A stretch of 64,000 bases of DNA from an uncultured bacterium (GCA_965112635.1 OZ218778.1:2464001-2528000); one strand, 5' to 3'; shown: positions 19,728 to 29,579, counted from the first letter of the stretch. The notes: generated by a model not told the origin, from the letters alone. Numbers and translations: made by a program.

Positions 19728-21290
19728 ATGCCCCCAGAACAGGTTTACGACAAAAAATATCAGTGGGAAGTTTTGATCGTGGTCATGATCGGCATGTTCA
19801 TGGCCGTACTGGACTCCAGCATCGTCAATGTTTCCCTGCCCACCATGATGGCGGACCTGGGCGTGAATGTGGACGATATTGAATGGGTGGTCACAGGTTA
19901 TATGTTGGCTTTTGCCGCGCTCATGCCCTTGACCGGATGGTTCCGCGACCACATAGGTCATAAAAAATTATATTTGGGCGCTCTGGGTTTGTTCACCCTG
20001 GGTTCGGCTCTTTGCGGCCTGGCCTGGAATCTGCCCTCTTTGATCATCGCCCGCATCATTCAGGCCTTGGGAGGAGGCGCTATGGGGCCCACCAGTATGG
20101 CCATGGTCTCCGAGGTGTTCCCTCCCCAGGAAAGGGGCAAGGCCATCGGCATCTGGGGTATCGGCATCATCATGGGTCCGGCCATCGGCCCAACTCTGGG
20201 CGGGTTTTTGACCAAATATTACGGATGGCGGTCCATTTTCACCGTCAATATACCCGTCGGCATCATCGGATTTATCCTGGCTATGGCCCTGCTAAAACAG
20301 GACACGCCTCCCCACTCCCAAAAACGGGATTTTGACCTGGCCGGCTTTGTGGCCCTGACCACTTTCCTGGTGGCTTTTTTACTTGGCATATCCAAGGGAG
20401 AAAGAGAGGGTTGGGGTTCGACCTATATTATCACTTGCTGGTTCCTGTCCATCCTAGGCCTGGCCGGATTCCTGGTCACCGAAAGCCTGGTGACTGATGG
20501 GATCGTTGACACGAAACTGTTCCGCATCCCCGTTTTTTCGTCCTGCATCATCGTCGGCGCCGTGCGGTCGGTGGCCCTTTTCGGAGGCATCTTCCTTCTC
20601 CCTTTATTCTTGCAAAATATAATGGGTTACGAACCCATTGACAGCGGATTGATCCTCCTGCCCAGCTCCCTGGTCGTGGCCGTAGTCATGCCTTTAGCCG
20701 GACGTCTGGGCGATAAAATAGGACCTCGCTTGCCCAGTATTTTCGGCCTCATGCTTTGCGCCTACTCCTTTTATTTATACAGGACCATCGATGTCAACAC
20801 CGGCTTATGGGGAATCATCTACCCTACCCTGATCAGGTCTGTGGGCATGCCTTTGCTGATGTCCCCCATCATGGCCGCTGCGGTGAATTCTGTTCCAAAA
20901 AACAAGGTCGCTATGGCCTCTTCCATGCTCAACATCACCCAGCAGGTGGGTGGTGCTATCGGCATAGCGGTTTTGACCACGATCCTGAGTCATCGGACCG
21001 TTTTTCATACCGGAGCCATGGGGTCCCTGGTCGACAGAGGGTCTCCAGCCATGCACCAAGCCATGGTCAATGTCTCGTCCCGGGCGCACGAGCTTGGTTT
21101 CAGCATGGCTAATTCCATCCGGATCGCATCCATGGCCGTTGGCGGGTATGTACACAAGATGGCTTTCGTGGGAGGCTTTGAAGATACTTTTATTTTTGCC
21201 GCCTTTGCGGTGGGCATTGGGATGTTGGCTTCCTTTCTTTTACCTAACAAACCGGTGGGACACGTACCCCAGGGAGCGCAGGCAGATTAA
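19728..21290 (+). CDS. DHA2-family MFS efflux permease (EmrB-like)
   Basis: MAVLDSSIVNVSLP, WVVTGYML and GPAIGPTLGG..WRSIFTVNIPVG motifs. Confidence 0.95.
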   Translation: MPPEQVYDKKYQWEVLIVVMIGMFMAVLDSSIVNVSLPTMMADLGVNVDDIEWVVTGYMLAFAALMPLTGWFRDHIGHKKLYLGALGLFTLGSALCGLAWNLPSLIIARIIQALGGGAMGPTSMAMVSEVFPPQERGKAIGIWGIGIIMGPAIGPTLGGFLTKYYGWRSIFTVNIPVGIIGFILAMALLKQDTPPHSQKRDFDLAGFVALTTFLVAFLLGISKGEREGWGSTYIITCWFLSILGLAGFLVTESLVTDGIVDTKLFRIPVFSSCIIVGAVRSVALFGGIFLLPLFLQNIMGYEPIDSGLILLPSSLVVAVVMPLAGRLGDKIGPRLPSIFGLMLCAYSFYLYRTIDVNTGLWGIIYPTLIRSVGMPLLMSPIMAAAVNSVPKNKVAMASSMLNITQQVGGAIGIAVLTTILSHRTVFHTGAMGSLVDRGSPAMHQAMVNVSSRAHELGFSMANSIRIASMAVGGYVHKMAFVGGFEDTFIFAAFAVGIGMLASFLLPNKPVGHVPQGAQAD

Positions 21291-21312
21291 TTTTTTAGGA
21301 GGTTTATAAAAA

Positions 21313-22617
21313 ATGAATACCCGTTTAAAAGTATTTATACTTATTCTGGCTGTCCTTTCCAGCAGGGTTTGGGCTCTGACTACGGAACAGGCAGTTAAGA
21401 TCGCCCTGGAAAACAACCCGGATATCCAGCGCTTGCAGGCCGCCGCGGAAGCGGCTTCCTGGAAAAGGCTGGCAACCTTTTCACCCAATTTGCCACATCT
21501 CACGCTGAGGGGCAGCAATATCTCGGACGCCAACTATCCACTGGAAGGTCTTCATTTGGGACCCCTAGCCTATGTTCTGCCCGGAGCCTATCCCACCACG
21601 ACCGGGGACATGGACCTGACCTGGACGGTCTTTGACGGCCTGAGCACTTTTAATGCCTGGCGGGGCAGCGATCTGGAATACGAGGCCGCGGAACTTGATT
21701 ATTCGTCTGCCACCTTCCGCTTGGAACGCCAGGTTAAAACCTGCTTTTACCAGGCTCTGGCGGCCAAGGAATTGGAAGAAGTAGCCCAGCGTAATGTGGA
21801 CACTCTGCAATCCCACCTGGACCTGGCCAAGGCCAATGAGGACAGCGGTGTGGCCACCTCGTTCGATGTCCTGCGCATCGAAGCGCAGATGGAAGAAGCC
21901 CGGGCGGAAAAGGACATTGCCACGGACAACACTATGCTGGCCCGCCGGACTTTAAATCAGACCATGGGGATCACGGAAGACACCAGTCCTTTGGAAGGCG
22001 AACTTCCCTTGCCCCCGGACCACCCCAGGGATTATCTGGCCAAGACCAGTGACGGACCGCGTGATGACATCAAAGCCAGCCTTAAGAGGAAGGAATCCGC
22101 GGACGCCCAAAACCTGGCCCTGGCTGGGTCTTTGCTCATGCCCAAAGTTTCCCTGTTCCTTGACGAAGAATATTACAAATACACCCAGGTTTTTGATCCT
22201 GCCGTCATTCCCCTGGACTGGCAGCGTTCTTATAACTGGGGATTAAGTTTGAACTGGGATATCTTTGACGGCGGCTTGACCCTTGCCCGTCAACAGGAAG
22301 TTGCCGCCCGGGTCAAGCAGGCCGAACAGGCCTCCCGGTCTCTCCAGCTCCACGCCGCGGATGACGTGGAACTTTGGAAACGCCAGCTCGTCAACAGTAC
22401 TACCCTGTACCTTGCCCGCCAGCGGGCCCTGGCCAAGTCCGAGGAAAGCGTACGTCTGGCCACCCTCGGCCTCAAAGCCGGCACCCGGACCCACACCGAA
22501 GTCCTGGACGCCGAACTGGACCTTTTCAGCACCCGCGCCAATATCATCAAAGCCCAGCTGGACGCGGCCACAGCCCTGCTCAACCTGGAAATCGCCCTCG
22601 GCAAAAGCCTGCAATAA
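21313..22617 (+). CDS. TolC-family outer-membrane efflux protein
   Basis: LTTEQAVKIALENNP, SGVATSFDVL and AGTRTHTEVLDAE. Confidence 0.9.
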   Translation: MNTRLKVFILILAVLSSRVWALTTEQAVKIALENNPDIQRLQAAAEAASWKRLATFSPNLPHLTLRGSNISDANYPLEGLHLGPLAYVLPGAYPTTTGDMDLTWTVFDGLSTFNAWRGSDLEYEAAELDYSSATFRLERQVKTCFYQALAAKELEEVAQRNVDTLQSHLDLAKANEDSGVATSFDVLRIEAQMEEARAEKDIATDNTMLARRTLNQTMGITEDTSPLEGELPLPPDHPRDYLAKTSDGPRDDIKASLKRKESADAQNLALAGSLLMPKVSLFLDEEYYKYTQVFDPAVIPLDWQRSYNWGLSLNWDIFDGGLTLARQQEVAARVKQAEQASRSLQLHAADDVELWKRQLVNSTTLYLARQRALAKSEESVRLATLGLKAGTRTHTEVLDAELDLFSTRANIIKAQLDAATALLNLEIALGKSLQ

Positions 22618-22690
22618 GGATTTTCTTGCGGTCTAAAAGGGATAGCCTATAATTATCCTTAGAAATTAACCCCTTCTATAAGGAGCGTCC

Positions 22691-24214
22691 ATGCTAAAAA
22701 ACTATTTTCTTTCTCTTTTACCAATACTCATCCTGTGTTTTGCCACGGGCTGTAAAGCTTCAGCCCAGGAGGTCCAGAGGAAACCGGCCAATGCTGGGGC
22801 TTTTTACCCGGCTACCAAAGACGAGATCAAACAGAACCTCACCCAGTTTTTGGCTGCCGCTAAAAACCCTTTATCATATATTCCCCGGGCGATCATCGCC
22901 CCGCATGCCGGATACCAGTACAGCGGGCCGACCGCTGCTTTTTCTTATAAAACCATCGAAGGGAAAGGAGATTCCATCCACCGCGTCATTCTACTGGCTC
23001 CCGCCCATTATGCAGGTTATCGCGGAGTGGTGGTCAACGAACGCATCTACAATACACCGCTGGGCCGCTATGCCTCGGATAAAGAAGCCATCCAGAAACT
23101 TAAAGAGCAGGATTTTCCCCATGTGTCCAATGAAACAGAAGAGACCAGGGAGCACGCGGATGAAGTTCAGATCCCCTTTTTGCAAACCGTGCTTCCCCAA
23201 GCCAAATTGGTACCTATGATCGTGGGCCAGCTGGATGAAAACGACCTGGAAAAAACAGCCCGCGCCATCAGCGCTATCATCGATGAACACACCCTGCTGG
23301 TAGTGAGTTCCGATTTCACTCACTATGGCACTCGGTTCGATTACACTCCCAAATTCAAAACCTCCGTGCCTGATGGTATCCACCAGTTGGATAAAAAAGC
23401 TGCCAACCTCATTGCCCAGGGAAATTTCCTTGGGTTTGCCCAATTTTTAGAGCAAACTCAAGATACCATCTGCGGCCAATACCCCATCCTGGTCCTTTTA
23501 AAGATCTTTGAGATCAATAACTGGCAGGCTCAGGGCCAATTGCTCCACTACACGACCAGCGGCGACCAGTTTAACGACTTTTCCAACAGCGTCAGTTATG
23601 TTTCCCTGGCCCTCGGCATGCTGGGTGAAAAACCCCAGGCTGCCAAGGTCGCCGGGGCTCTGACCTCCGAGGAAAAAAAGACTTTGCTGGCCTTGTCGCG
23701 CCTGGTCCTGCAGAAATTCGTCAAAGAGGGCACGGATGATTTTACCGCTGACCTCAAAAAGCTCACTGTGACCGACACCCTTCGCGCCAAATCCGGGGTC
23801 TTTGTCACCCTGACCTTGGGAGGCAACCTGCGCGGATGCATCGGCTATATCATCCCCATGACCTCGTTGGTAGAGGGCGTCATCGAGAACACCATCAACG
23901 CTTCCGCTCACGATCCCCGTTTCAGGCCGGTCACCCCTGCAGAACTCAAAAGTATCCACATAGAGATATCGGCCATGTCTCCCCTGATCCCGGTCAAAAG
24001 TCTGGACGAGATACAGGTCGGCCGTGACGGGCTGGTCCTCAAAAACGGCGGATATTCCGGGGTCTTCCTGCCACAGGTTCCCGTGGAACAGGGCTGGGAC
24101 AAGCAGACCTATCTGGAGGAGCTGGGGCACAAAGCCGGGCTGGACAGCTCTGCTTATAAGGATAAAAACACCGTGCTCCAGCGCTTCACCGCCCAGGTGT
24201 TCGGAGAGCATTAA
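22691..24214 (+). CDS. amrB: AmmeMemoRadiSam protein B (MEMO1-like) fused to protein A (AMMECR1-like), with N-terminal signal peptide
   Basis: MEMO1 motifs RKPANAGAFYP, IIAPHAGYQYSG, EHADEVQIPFLQ and SSDFTHYG. AMMECR1 motifs GVFVTL..LRGCIG, DPRF.PV and GVFLPQVPVEQGWD. Confidence 0.92.
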   Translation: MLKNYFLSLLPILILCFATGCKASAQEVQRKPANAGAFYPATKDEIKQNLTQFLAAAKNPLSYIPRAIIAPHAGYQYSGPTAAFSYKTIEGKGDSIHRVILLAPAHYAGYRGVVVNERIYNTPLGRYASDKEAIQKLKEQDFPHVSNETEETREHADEVQIPFLQTVLPQAKLVPMIVGQLDENDLEKTARAISAIIDEHTLLVVSSDFTHYGTRFDYTPKFKTSVPDGIHQLDKKAANLIAQGNFLGFAQFLEQTQDTICGQYPILVLLKIFEINNWQAQGQLLHYTTSGDQFNDFSNSVSYVSLALGMLGEKPQAAKVAGALTSEEKKTLLALSRLVLQKFVKEGTDDFTADLKKLTVTDTLRAKSGVFVTLTLGGNLRGCIGYIIPMTSLVEGVIENTINASAHDPRFRPVTPAELKSIHIEISAMSPLIPVKSLDEIQVGRDGLVLKNGGYSGVFLPQVPVEQGWDKQTYLEELGHKAGLDSSAYKDKNTVLQRFTAQVFGEH

Positions 24215-24236
24215 GGCTTTATCATCAATTCGATTC

Positions 24237-24268
24237 AGTCATCCCCGCAGTCTTTTAGCGGGAATCCA
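24237..24268 (+). repeat. REP-like palindrome half (GTCAT.CCCGC...GCGGGAATCCA type)
   Basis: AGTCATCCCCGCAGTCTTTTAGCGGGAATCCA resembles the widespread GTCATTCCCGCGAAAGCGGGAATCCA repeat. Confidence 0.6.
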
Positions 24269-24298
24269 TTAATTTCTATGAATCCCTTTGTAAAACAC

Positions 24299-24605
24299 TT
24301 GTCATAAATCCCCTTGTCAAATAAGGCCAAAAAGTAGTTGTCATAAATAGTTGTCATAAATTCAGGTGGTTGTCATAACGGTTGTCATAAAACCCCTTGT
24401 CAAATAAGCACAAAAAGTTGTTGTCATAAACGCTTGTCATAAGTTCATTCCCAAAATACGTCTCACCTTTGCGTCTCAGCCAGCAAAGCTGGCTGAGATT
24501 TTATGTCACACTTTTATGTCACACTTTTTTTGGCGTGATTTTTGCCTTATTATATATGGACGTTTATACACGAACTCCAAAAGAAGGGTATTATTTTATG
24601 TCACA
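24299..24605. repeat. Array of short direct repeats
   Basis: TTGTCATAA x7 (24299, 24338, 24351, 24370, 24382, 24421, 24434). TTGTCAAAT x2 (24314, 24397). TTTTATGTCACA x3 (24499, 24512, 24594). Higher-order duplication with an 83-bp period. Confidence 0.9.
24474..24502 (+). terminator. Perfect 11-bp hairpin followed by TTTT
   Basis: TCTCAGCCAGC-aaa-GCTGGCTGAGA then TTTT. Confidence 0.45.
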
Positions 24606-24935
24606 GTTCGGGGCCAACTAGGGTGTTGAAACTTTCACCACTTTTGCGTCTCTTTCGGGTTAGCTGGCCTCCCAGATTTTACATAATTTATGTAAATTGT
24701 CGCTCTGCCACCCCACCAAGGTGTGTTCTTAGCCTTATAAAATAAGGGGTTTTGGCATTTCCGCTAAAATACCATTGTAAAACAAGGGATTTGTCCGGCT
24801 TGGAATCTCAGGGTGGGTTGAATTAAGGAAGGCACCAAAAAAATCCACGGTTTATAGCATTAATCAAATGCGGGAGAATAAAGGATAGTTGCGGAAAGAG
24901 GCTGGGGCAGGGAGAAGGTTAGCCGCGACCCCGGG

Positions 24936-25619
24936 TCACGTTTTGGGCTTGTTTTTTTCCATTAATGAAATTGGTTTTGTGTATAAAGCATAGTCACATC
25001 CAGTCCGTACCGCCTGCTCCTTCATCCAATTTACCCCTGTTGGGCCAAGATCAACTTCCACAGGGCAGTTACTACGCGCTGCTCCCTCGTAAAATTCGTG
25101 ACACCATAAATCTACGAATTCCCGGCCTTGTTCTTTGGCCTGTTGGCTTAATTTTGCCTTGCCTGTTTGCGTATGACCATCAATAGCCTCCGACGGTATC
25201 GGGACGACCTTTCCCGCCTTCCAGTCAGTGTCCACACAAGCGGCCAAATCATCGGCCTGTCTGTTTTTGGGAGAGCGGCACATCAGGATAATGGCAAGGG
25301 CAGCGATATTTTTCTCAGGCAGGAGAATGATGGACTCGCCTGTCTTGTCATCCTTCTCTTTTTTCCGCAAGCTCTCCCACATCTGCGCCAGAGCATTGAC
25401 CTGAACCATTACGTTCGGGTTGGCAAGCCCTATATCCTCCACGGCGCAAATGCAGAGTCTCTTCCAGGCGTAGAGGTCATAACCGCTTTCCGCCAAATCC
25501 CAGAAAAAAAACAGGGATTCGTATTCCTTACCCCTTCTTATTGATTTCTGCAAAGCCGAGACAGTTTCATCAAACCTGTTGCCAGACTTTAAATTTGAAC
25601 TTTTTACGCTCGATTCCAT
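24936..25619 (-). CDS. Stand-alone RarA/MgsA C-terminal-domain-like protein
   Basis: VSALQKSIRRG...AWKRLCICAVEDIGLANP...SPKN and AIDGHT match the RarA C-terminal region, but there is no Walker A. Start ATG 25619 after GAGGAGG. Confidence 0.7.
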   Translation of the reverse strand: MESSVKSSNLKSGNRFDETVSALQKSIRRGKEYESLFFFWDLAESGYDLYAWKRLCICAVEDIGLANPNVMVQVNALAQMWESLRKKEKDDKTGESIILLPEKNIAALAIILMCRSPKNRQADDLAACVDTDWKAGKVVPIPSEAIDGHTQTGKAKLSQQAKEQGREFVDLWCHEFYEGAARSNCPVEVDLGPTGVNWMKEQAVRTGCDYALYTKPISLMEKNKPKT

Positions 25620-25651
25620 AAAAACCTCCTCTTTAAATAGAATACCGAAGA

Positions 25652-27103
25652 TCATTCCCTGCTTAACTTCTGCAATTCCTCATATATCACCACCATAGCC
25701 ATAACATCATCCTTGTTGTAATTCAGGATTTTGTTTTTCAAGGATACATCATGTGACTTGAGCCATTCTTCATACCACGCCTCACAGTTCAAGCCCCCCG
25801 CATCCTCGGCCTGCCAGCGGAAACCAAAAACCGGGGCAACTTCCTTGATGGAATAGCTCCTCACGGGAAAGGCGAAGCTCTGTTTGGCCCATTCTTTTTG
25901 GTCGGCAAGGCCGTCTTTCAGCCGGAGGTAGCCTAGTTCGTTGCCCCCGTACTGCTTCCAGCATTTCTCCACAAATTCATTTTCAAAAGTTGTCCAGGTA
26001 TAGACTACGCAGTCTTTGTATCCAGCCATAAAATCGAGGAAATCATGCCAGGCCTGCTTTTCATCCGCAGGGGTTTCGGCAAAGAAAAACTTAGAGGTTT
26101 TGGTGCCGTTCTGATCCAGGATGATCAGGCCATGCAAGATAACGCTGTCCCCCAGGGTTTCGATATCGTAAAAGATAACCGGCTTGCCGATCGGAAATTT
26201 AGGTTTCTGGATCATGAGCGGCTTGCCTGCAACCCTGGCCCTGGCATGGAGCCACAGTTTTTCAAGAGGTGAATCGCTAATTTTAGTTTTTCCTTTTAGA
26301 TCATCCCATTTCATCCCGGCAAGCTGTCGGACGGTCTTGATTCCTATGGCATACAACTTTTCGACAGTAGATTTGCCCCCGTTGGGGAGCCGGGAAAGAT
26401 GATCCATATCCTCCCTGGTCTGGTTGCAATGCTTGAGCCAGGAACAGTTTACACAAATCCTGCACCAGATGGGATCGGTCGATATCTTGGCGGCCAGGAT
26501 ATCCTGCAGCAAGTCCCGGGTTTGCTGAAAGTAGTCCAATTTTTCAGCCGGGTTGAAGTAATGGGTTTTGCCGGTATTTAGCCAGATGCCTGCCTGCTCA
26601 GGGAAGGTTCCGATAACTTTTGCCAGCAGGACGCTATAGGCTGTGGCTTGGAGCATATCGGTATTAGAGGGTTCTTTATGACTTTTGATTTCAATAGGCA
26701 CATAGGCATAATCACCTAGGTTGGAGTGGCCGGGGACCTTTTTGAGCACATCCGCGATACCTGCCAAAGACGGAGCCATCAGCACGGCTCCGTGGATATA
26801 GGAATATCCTTCTTTCATAAGTCCAAGTGTAGCTTTGAAACCAGCGGATAAGTTTTTCTCGTCCCATTCCGGCTCAACGATGTCTGGTATGGTAGAGACG
26901 AGCTGTTTCTCCCAGGCCCACCCCGCTTCTTTTCTGCGTTTCTCGCCAGCGGAATCAGGAATCTTCTGTTTTGGATTGCCAAACTTTTCCAGGTAGGCAA
27001 GATGCGGACATATACTGGCTTGCACAAGGCGTGAGGGTGAAAGTCGTTCTGAGGCTATTTCCTGATCTTTTGGCCTAATATCTTCATCCATTAATAGATC
27101 CAT
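25652..27103 (-). CDS. TM0106-family RecB/Cas4-like nuclease with HhH and C-terminal RNase H-like (YprB-type) domain
   Basis: CPHLAYL, GIADVL..YVPIEIK (PD-D/ExK), CRICVNCSWLKHC, HhH (LYAIGIKTVRQLA), IFYDIET, YSIKEVAPVFGFRW and YNKDDV. Confidence 0.88.
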   Translation of the reverse strand: MDLLMDEDIRPKDQEIASERLSPSRLVQASICPHLAYLEKFGNPKQKIPDSAGEKRRKEAGWAWEKQLVSTIPDIVEPEWDEKNLSAGFKATLGLMKEGYSYIHGAVLMAPSLAGIADVLKKVPGHSNLGDYAYVPIEIKSHKEPSNTDMLQATAYSVLLAKVIGTFPEQAGIWLNTGKTHYFNPAEKLDYFQQTRDLLQDILAAKISTDPIWCRICVNCSWLKHCNQTREDMDHLSRLPNGGKSTVEKLYAIGIKTVRQLAGMKWDDLKGKTKISDSPLEKLWLHARARVAGKPLMIQKPKFPIGKPVIFYDIETLGDSVILHGLIILDQNGTKTSKFFFAETPADEKQAWHDFLDFMAGYKDCVVYTWTTFENEFVEKCWKQYGGNELGYLRLKDGLADQKEWAKQSFAFPVRSYSIKEVAPVFGFRWQAEDAGGLNCEAWYEEWLKSHDVSLKNKILNYNKDDVMAMVVIYEELQKLSRE

Positions 27104-27136
27104 TCGTTGTATTAAATGCTAATAGTTCTAAAAATA

Positions 27137-29542
27137 TTATTGAGATATTTCCATAGCACTTTTAATTGCCCTTATTAATCCATCGATTTCGAGAGCCCAC
27201 TCATTTAAAGAAAATACTGGATAGGTTCTTTTAATGTCTGGAGGCATACGTAACCCGGTACTTTTCTCTAGCTCTTCTTTAAACCTGTCTCGGTAATGTT
27301 CCATTTCTTTGGTCAGACCTAGCCCGCCGAAGTTGATGCTCAGTTGTCCATTGGAGCGTAAAGTGTACAAAGAGCTAGGGGATATTTGTTTGAAAACAGG
27401 GCTGAAAGAACCTCTGGTTACACCTGTACCCCAATTGATATGGGACGCATTTTGATCGGAAAACTCATAAAGCATTTTAAATACATTCTGCTCGGTTGGA
27501 GAATATTGTTTTTTGATCTCCCCAAAGAACATATCCTCGTCCCATTTTTGTCTTAGTGAAGACTGGAATTTATTTTCAGAAGACACCAATGTTTTTCCCA
27601 ACCTATTGGCCGGCTGGATACCACAAGGTTTACAGGGGAAATCCGATAGCTCATTGATCCAGTCAAGGAACGCATTCGCAATCAATAGTTGTCTAGCGTT
27701 AATAAACGTTTCATAGGCATTTTCTGGATCTTTATTATTATTTTTATCTGGTTTAGTTAGGGCGTCATAAGTCGATAGAACCAATTTATATTTACCTTTA
27801 TTTTTATCTTTATCTTCTTCCAGCAAAAAATGCTTTATTAAATTTTCAGGATCCTCCTGATCAAGCTCTAATGCTTTTTCAGCAACGCCATCAAAACAAT
27901 TTAATAAACTGGAAATATAGGTAATGTTCCCTATATTGTTCACTTTGTCTGTACTCAATCTTGTTCTTTCGGTAATTTTAAAAATATTTTTGAGTTTAGA
28001 ATAAGGAATAATATGCTGCTTTTGAGGCTCTTCTTTTGTGCATAGATTAGCCTCGGGTTTTTGAAATTTATCAGGTTTATAAACATGATTTAATTTATAT
28101 GAAAAATCTTTGGCTCCTCTATGACGTAAAAGCCAATACAACAACAAGATCGATCTATCATTTAAGGACATGGGATTTTTTAGGTTATCAATAAATTTCT
28201 CCTCAAGGATCTTTGTGTCTTCTTTTAGTTTATCAAGCGCACTTTCCAGCGTATTGGCCTTATTAACCGAATCAATAAATTTCATTATTTTTTGGTTAGA
28301 CCTGTAAACCAGCGCCAACTGAAAATAGATGGCAGTAATATTCTTTTCTACGTCTTGATCGAACCAATCATCAGGTCCAGGAGGATCTGGATAAAATTTG
28401 ATCAGGATCTGGAAAATAGGAAGTAAAGAGTTGGTTTCTGGCAAGAAGCGAAGATCGTCACATTTCAGAATCCTCTCCAATAGGGTGCGGGTATGCACAA
28501 GTATATTTTCTGTTATCTCCCACATTTTATTGAAAAACAGTACTTTTGCTTCTGGATCTAGTTTTTCCACCGTCCTAAGAAAAGTATCGCTCTCTAAGAT
28601 GGCGAATGAAAAGCCACTTGAACCTAGAGACAGATCAAAGTGATAACTGCAGACCTGGACAAAAGTTCTTATAAATAGCTTAAAACCGAAATGTTGTTCT
28701 TTGATTCTTTGGAAAATGGAATCTCGATGCAATTCTTTTGTTATTTCTGGACCGTGAAATTTATTGAAAATCCTTTCGATCTGCTTGGGGGTATCAGGAA
28801 ACAAGGAAACTAGCGTTGCATAAGCGATCTCTTCCGCATCCACCCGTTTGCCACCGCTATTGATGCGGTTATAAAGCTCTATGACCTCCGCAAATGACTT
28901 ATTCTTTTCCAACATAACCACAAACACAGGGCGAGCTAACATCTGGTCTATACTAGCCCTGATCTCATCACGAAGCTTGTTGAACATCTCCCCAATATTT
29001 CTAGGGTCCAAGGGCTGTATCAGTTTTTTGATCCGATCTTCATTGCTGTCAATAAACCTTAGAAGCTTAAGCGGGATAAAATTATTATCAAAATATGTTT
29101 TTTTCTTAACTTCCTGTTGACCCGAAGGATCAAATAGGGGGTCGCGGATCTTGATGAACAATGAAAACTCTCTATTTGTTTCTGCATAATATTTATTAAG
29201 GGACGTTATTTTCCTGAGGTTCAAACACCATACCCTGGGGTCTTCTTCTTGTGCCTCTTCCTCACTAGCGTCATCATCATTGATAAATACACTATGCAGA
29301 CTACGAAGTCTTTGCTGGCCATCTATGATCAAATATTTGAACGGTTGATCGGATAAAGGAACTCCCTGGCTTAGGTTATCTGGTTTCCACAACACAATGC
29401 TTCCTATGGGGGTGTCATAATAAAGAGACTCTAAAAGCATTGAAACAGAATCGTCATTCCAAACGAGCCCTCTTTGAAAATGCGGAATGCCGAGTTCGTT
29501 ATACTTTTCAAGTAGTTTTTTAACCGTCACTTCTTTTTCCAA
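27137..29542 (-). CDS. DUF262 (GmrSD-like) protein with HNH/DUF1524-like region and an extra C-terminal domain
   Basis: IPHFQRGLVW, IIDGQQRL and YNRINSGG (DUF262). QHIIP...NNIGNITYIS (DUF1524-like). Confidence 0.82.
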   Translation of the reverse strand: MEKEVTVKKLLEKYNELGIPHFQRGLVWNDDSVSMLLESLYYDTPIGSIVLWKPDNLSQGVPLSDQPFKYLIIDGQQRLRSLHSVFINDDDASEEEAQEEDPRVWCLNLRKITSLNKYYAETNREFSLFIKIRDPLFDPSGQQEVKKKTYFDNNFIPLKLLRFIDSNEDRIKKLIQPLDPRNIGEMFNKLRDEIRASIDQMLARPVFVVMLEKNKSFAEVIELYNRINSGGKRVDAEEIAYATLVSLFPDTPKQIERIFNKFHGPEITKELHRDSIFQRIKEQHFGFKLFIRTFVQVCSYHFDLSLGSSGFSFAILESDTFLRTVEKLDPEAKVLFFNKMWEITENILVHTRTLLERILKCDDLRFLPETNSLLPIFQILIKFYPDPPGPDDWFDQDVEKNITAIYFQLALVYRSNQKIMKFIDSVNKANTLESALDKLKEDTKILEEKFIDNLKNPMSLNDRSILLLYWLLRHRGAKDFSYKLNHVYKPDKFQKPEANLCTKEEPQKQHIIPYSKLKNIFKITERTRLSTDKVNNIGNITYISSLLNCFDGVAEKALELDQEDPENLIKHFLLEEDKDKNKGKYKLVLSTYDALTKPDKNNNKDPENAYETFINARQLLIANAFLDWINELSDFPCKPCGIQPANRLGKTLVSSENKFQSSLRQKWDEDMFFGEIKKQYSPTEQNVFKMLYEFSDQNASHINWGTGVTRGSFSPVFKQISPSSLYTLRSNGQLSINFGGLGLTKEMEHYRDRFKEELEKSTGLRMPPDIKRTYPVFSLNEWALEIDGLIRAIKSAMEISQ

Positions 29543-29579
29543 AACGTTCTCCCGCCTTTAAAATTCAATTTTGATGTAA

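Noticed and set aside
24299-24442. Pho boxes (CTGTCAT-like)
   Set aside because: Spacing is 12-13 bp rather than 11, and the array lies between convergent gene ends with no gene to activate.
24299-24605. CRISPR array near a Cas4-like nuclease
   Set aside because: Repeats are only 9-12 bp with irregular, partly duplicated spacers. No cas1/cas2 is present, and the nuclease is TM0106-type.
24678-24696. dif/Xer site
   Set aside because: The CATAA and TTATG arms are 1 bp apart rather than the 6 bp central region of dif.
24542-24745. 67-aa ORF in the repeat region
   Set aside because: TTG start, no RBS, no recognisable motif, and it overlaps repeats and palindromes.
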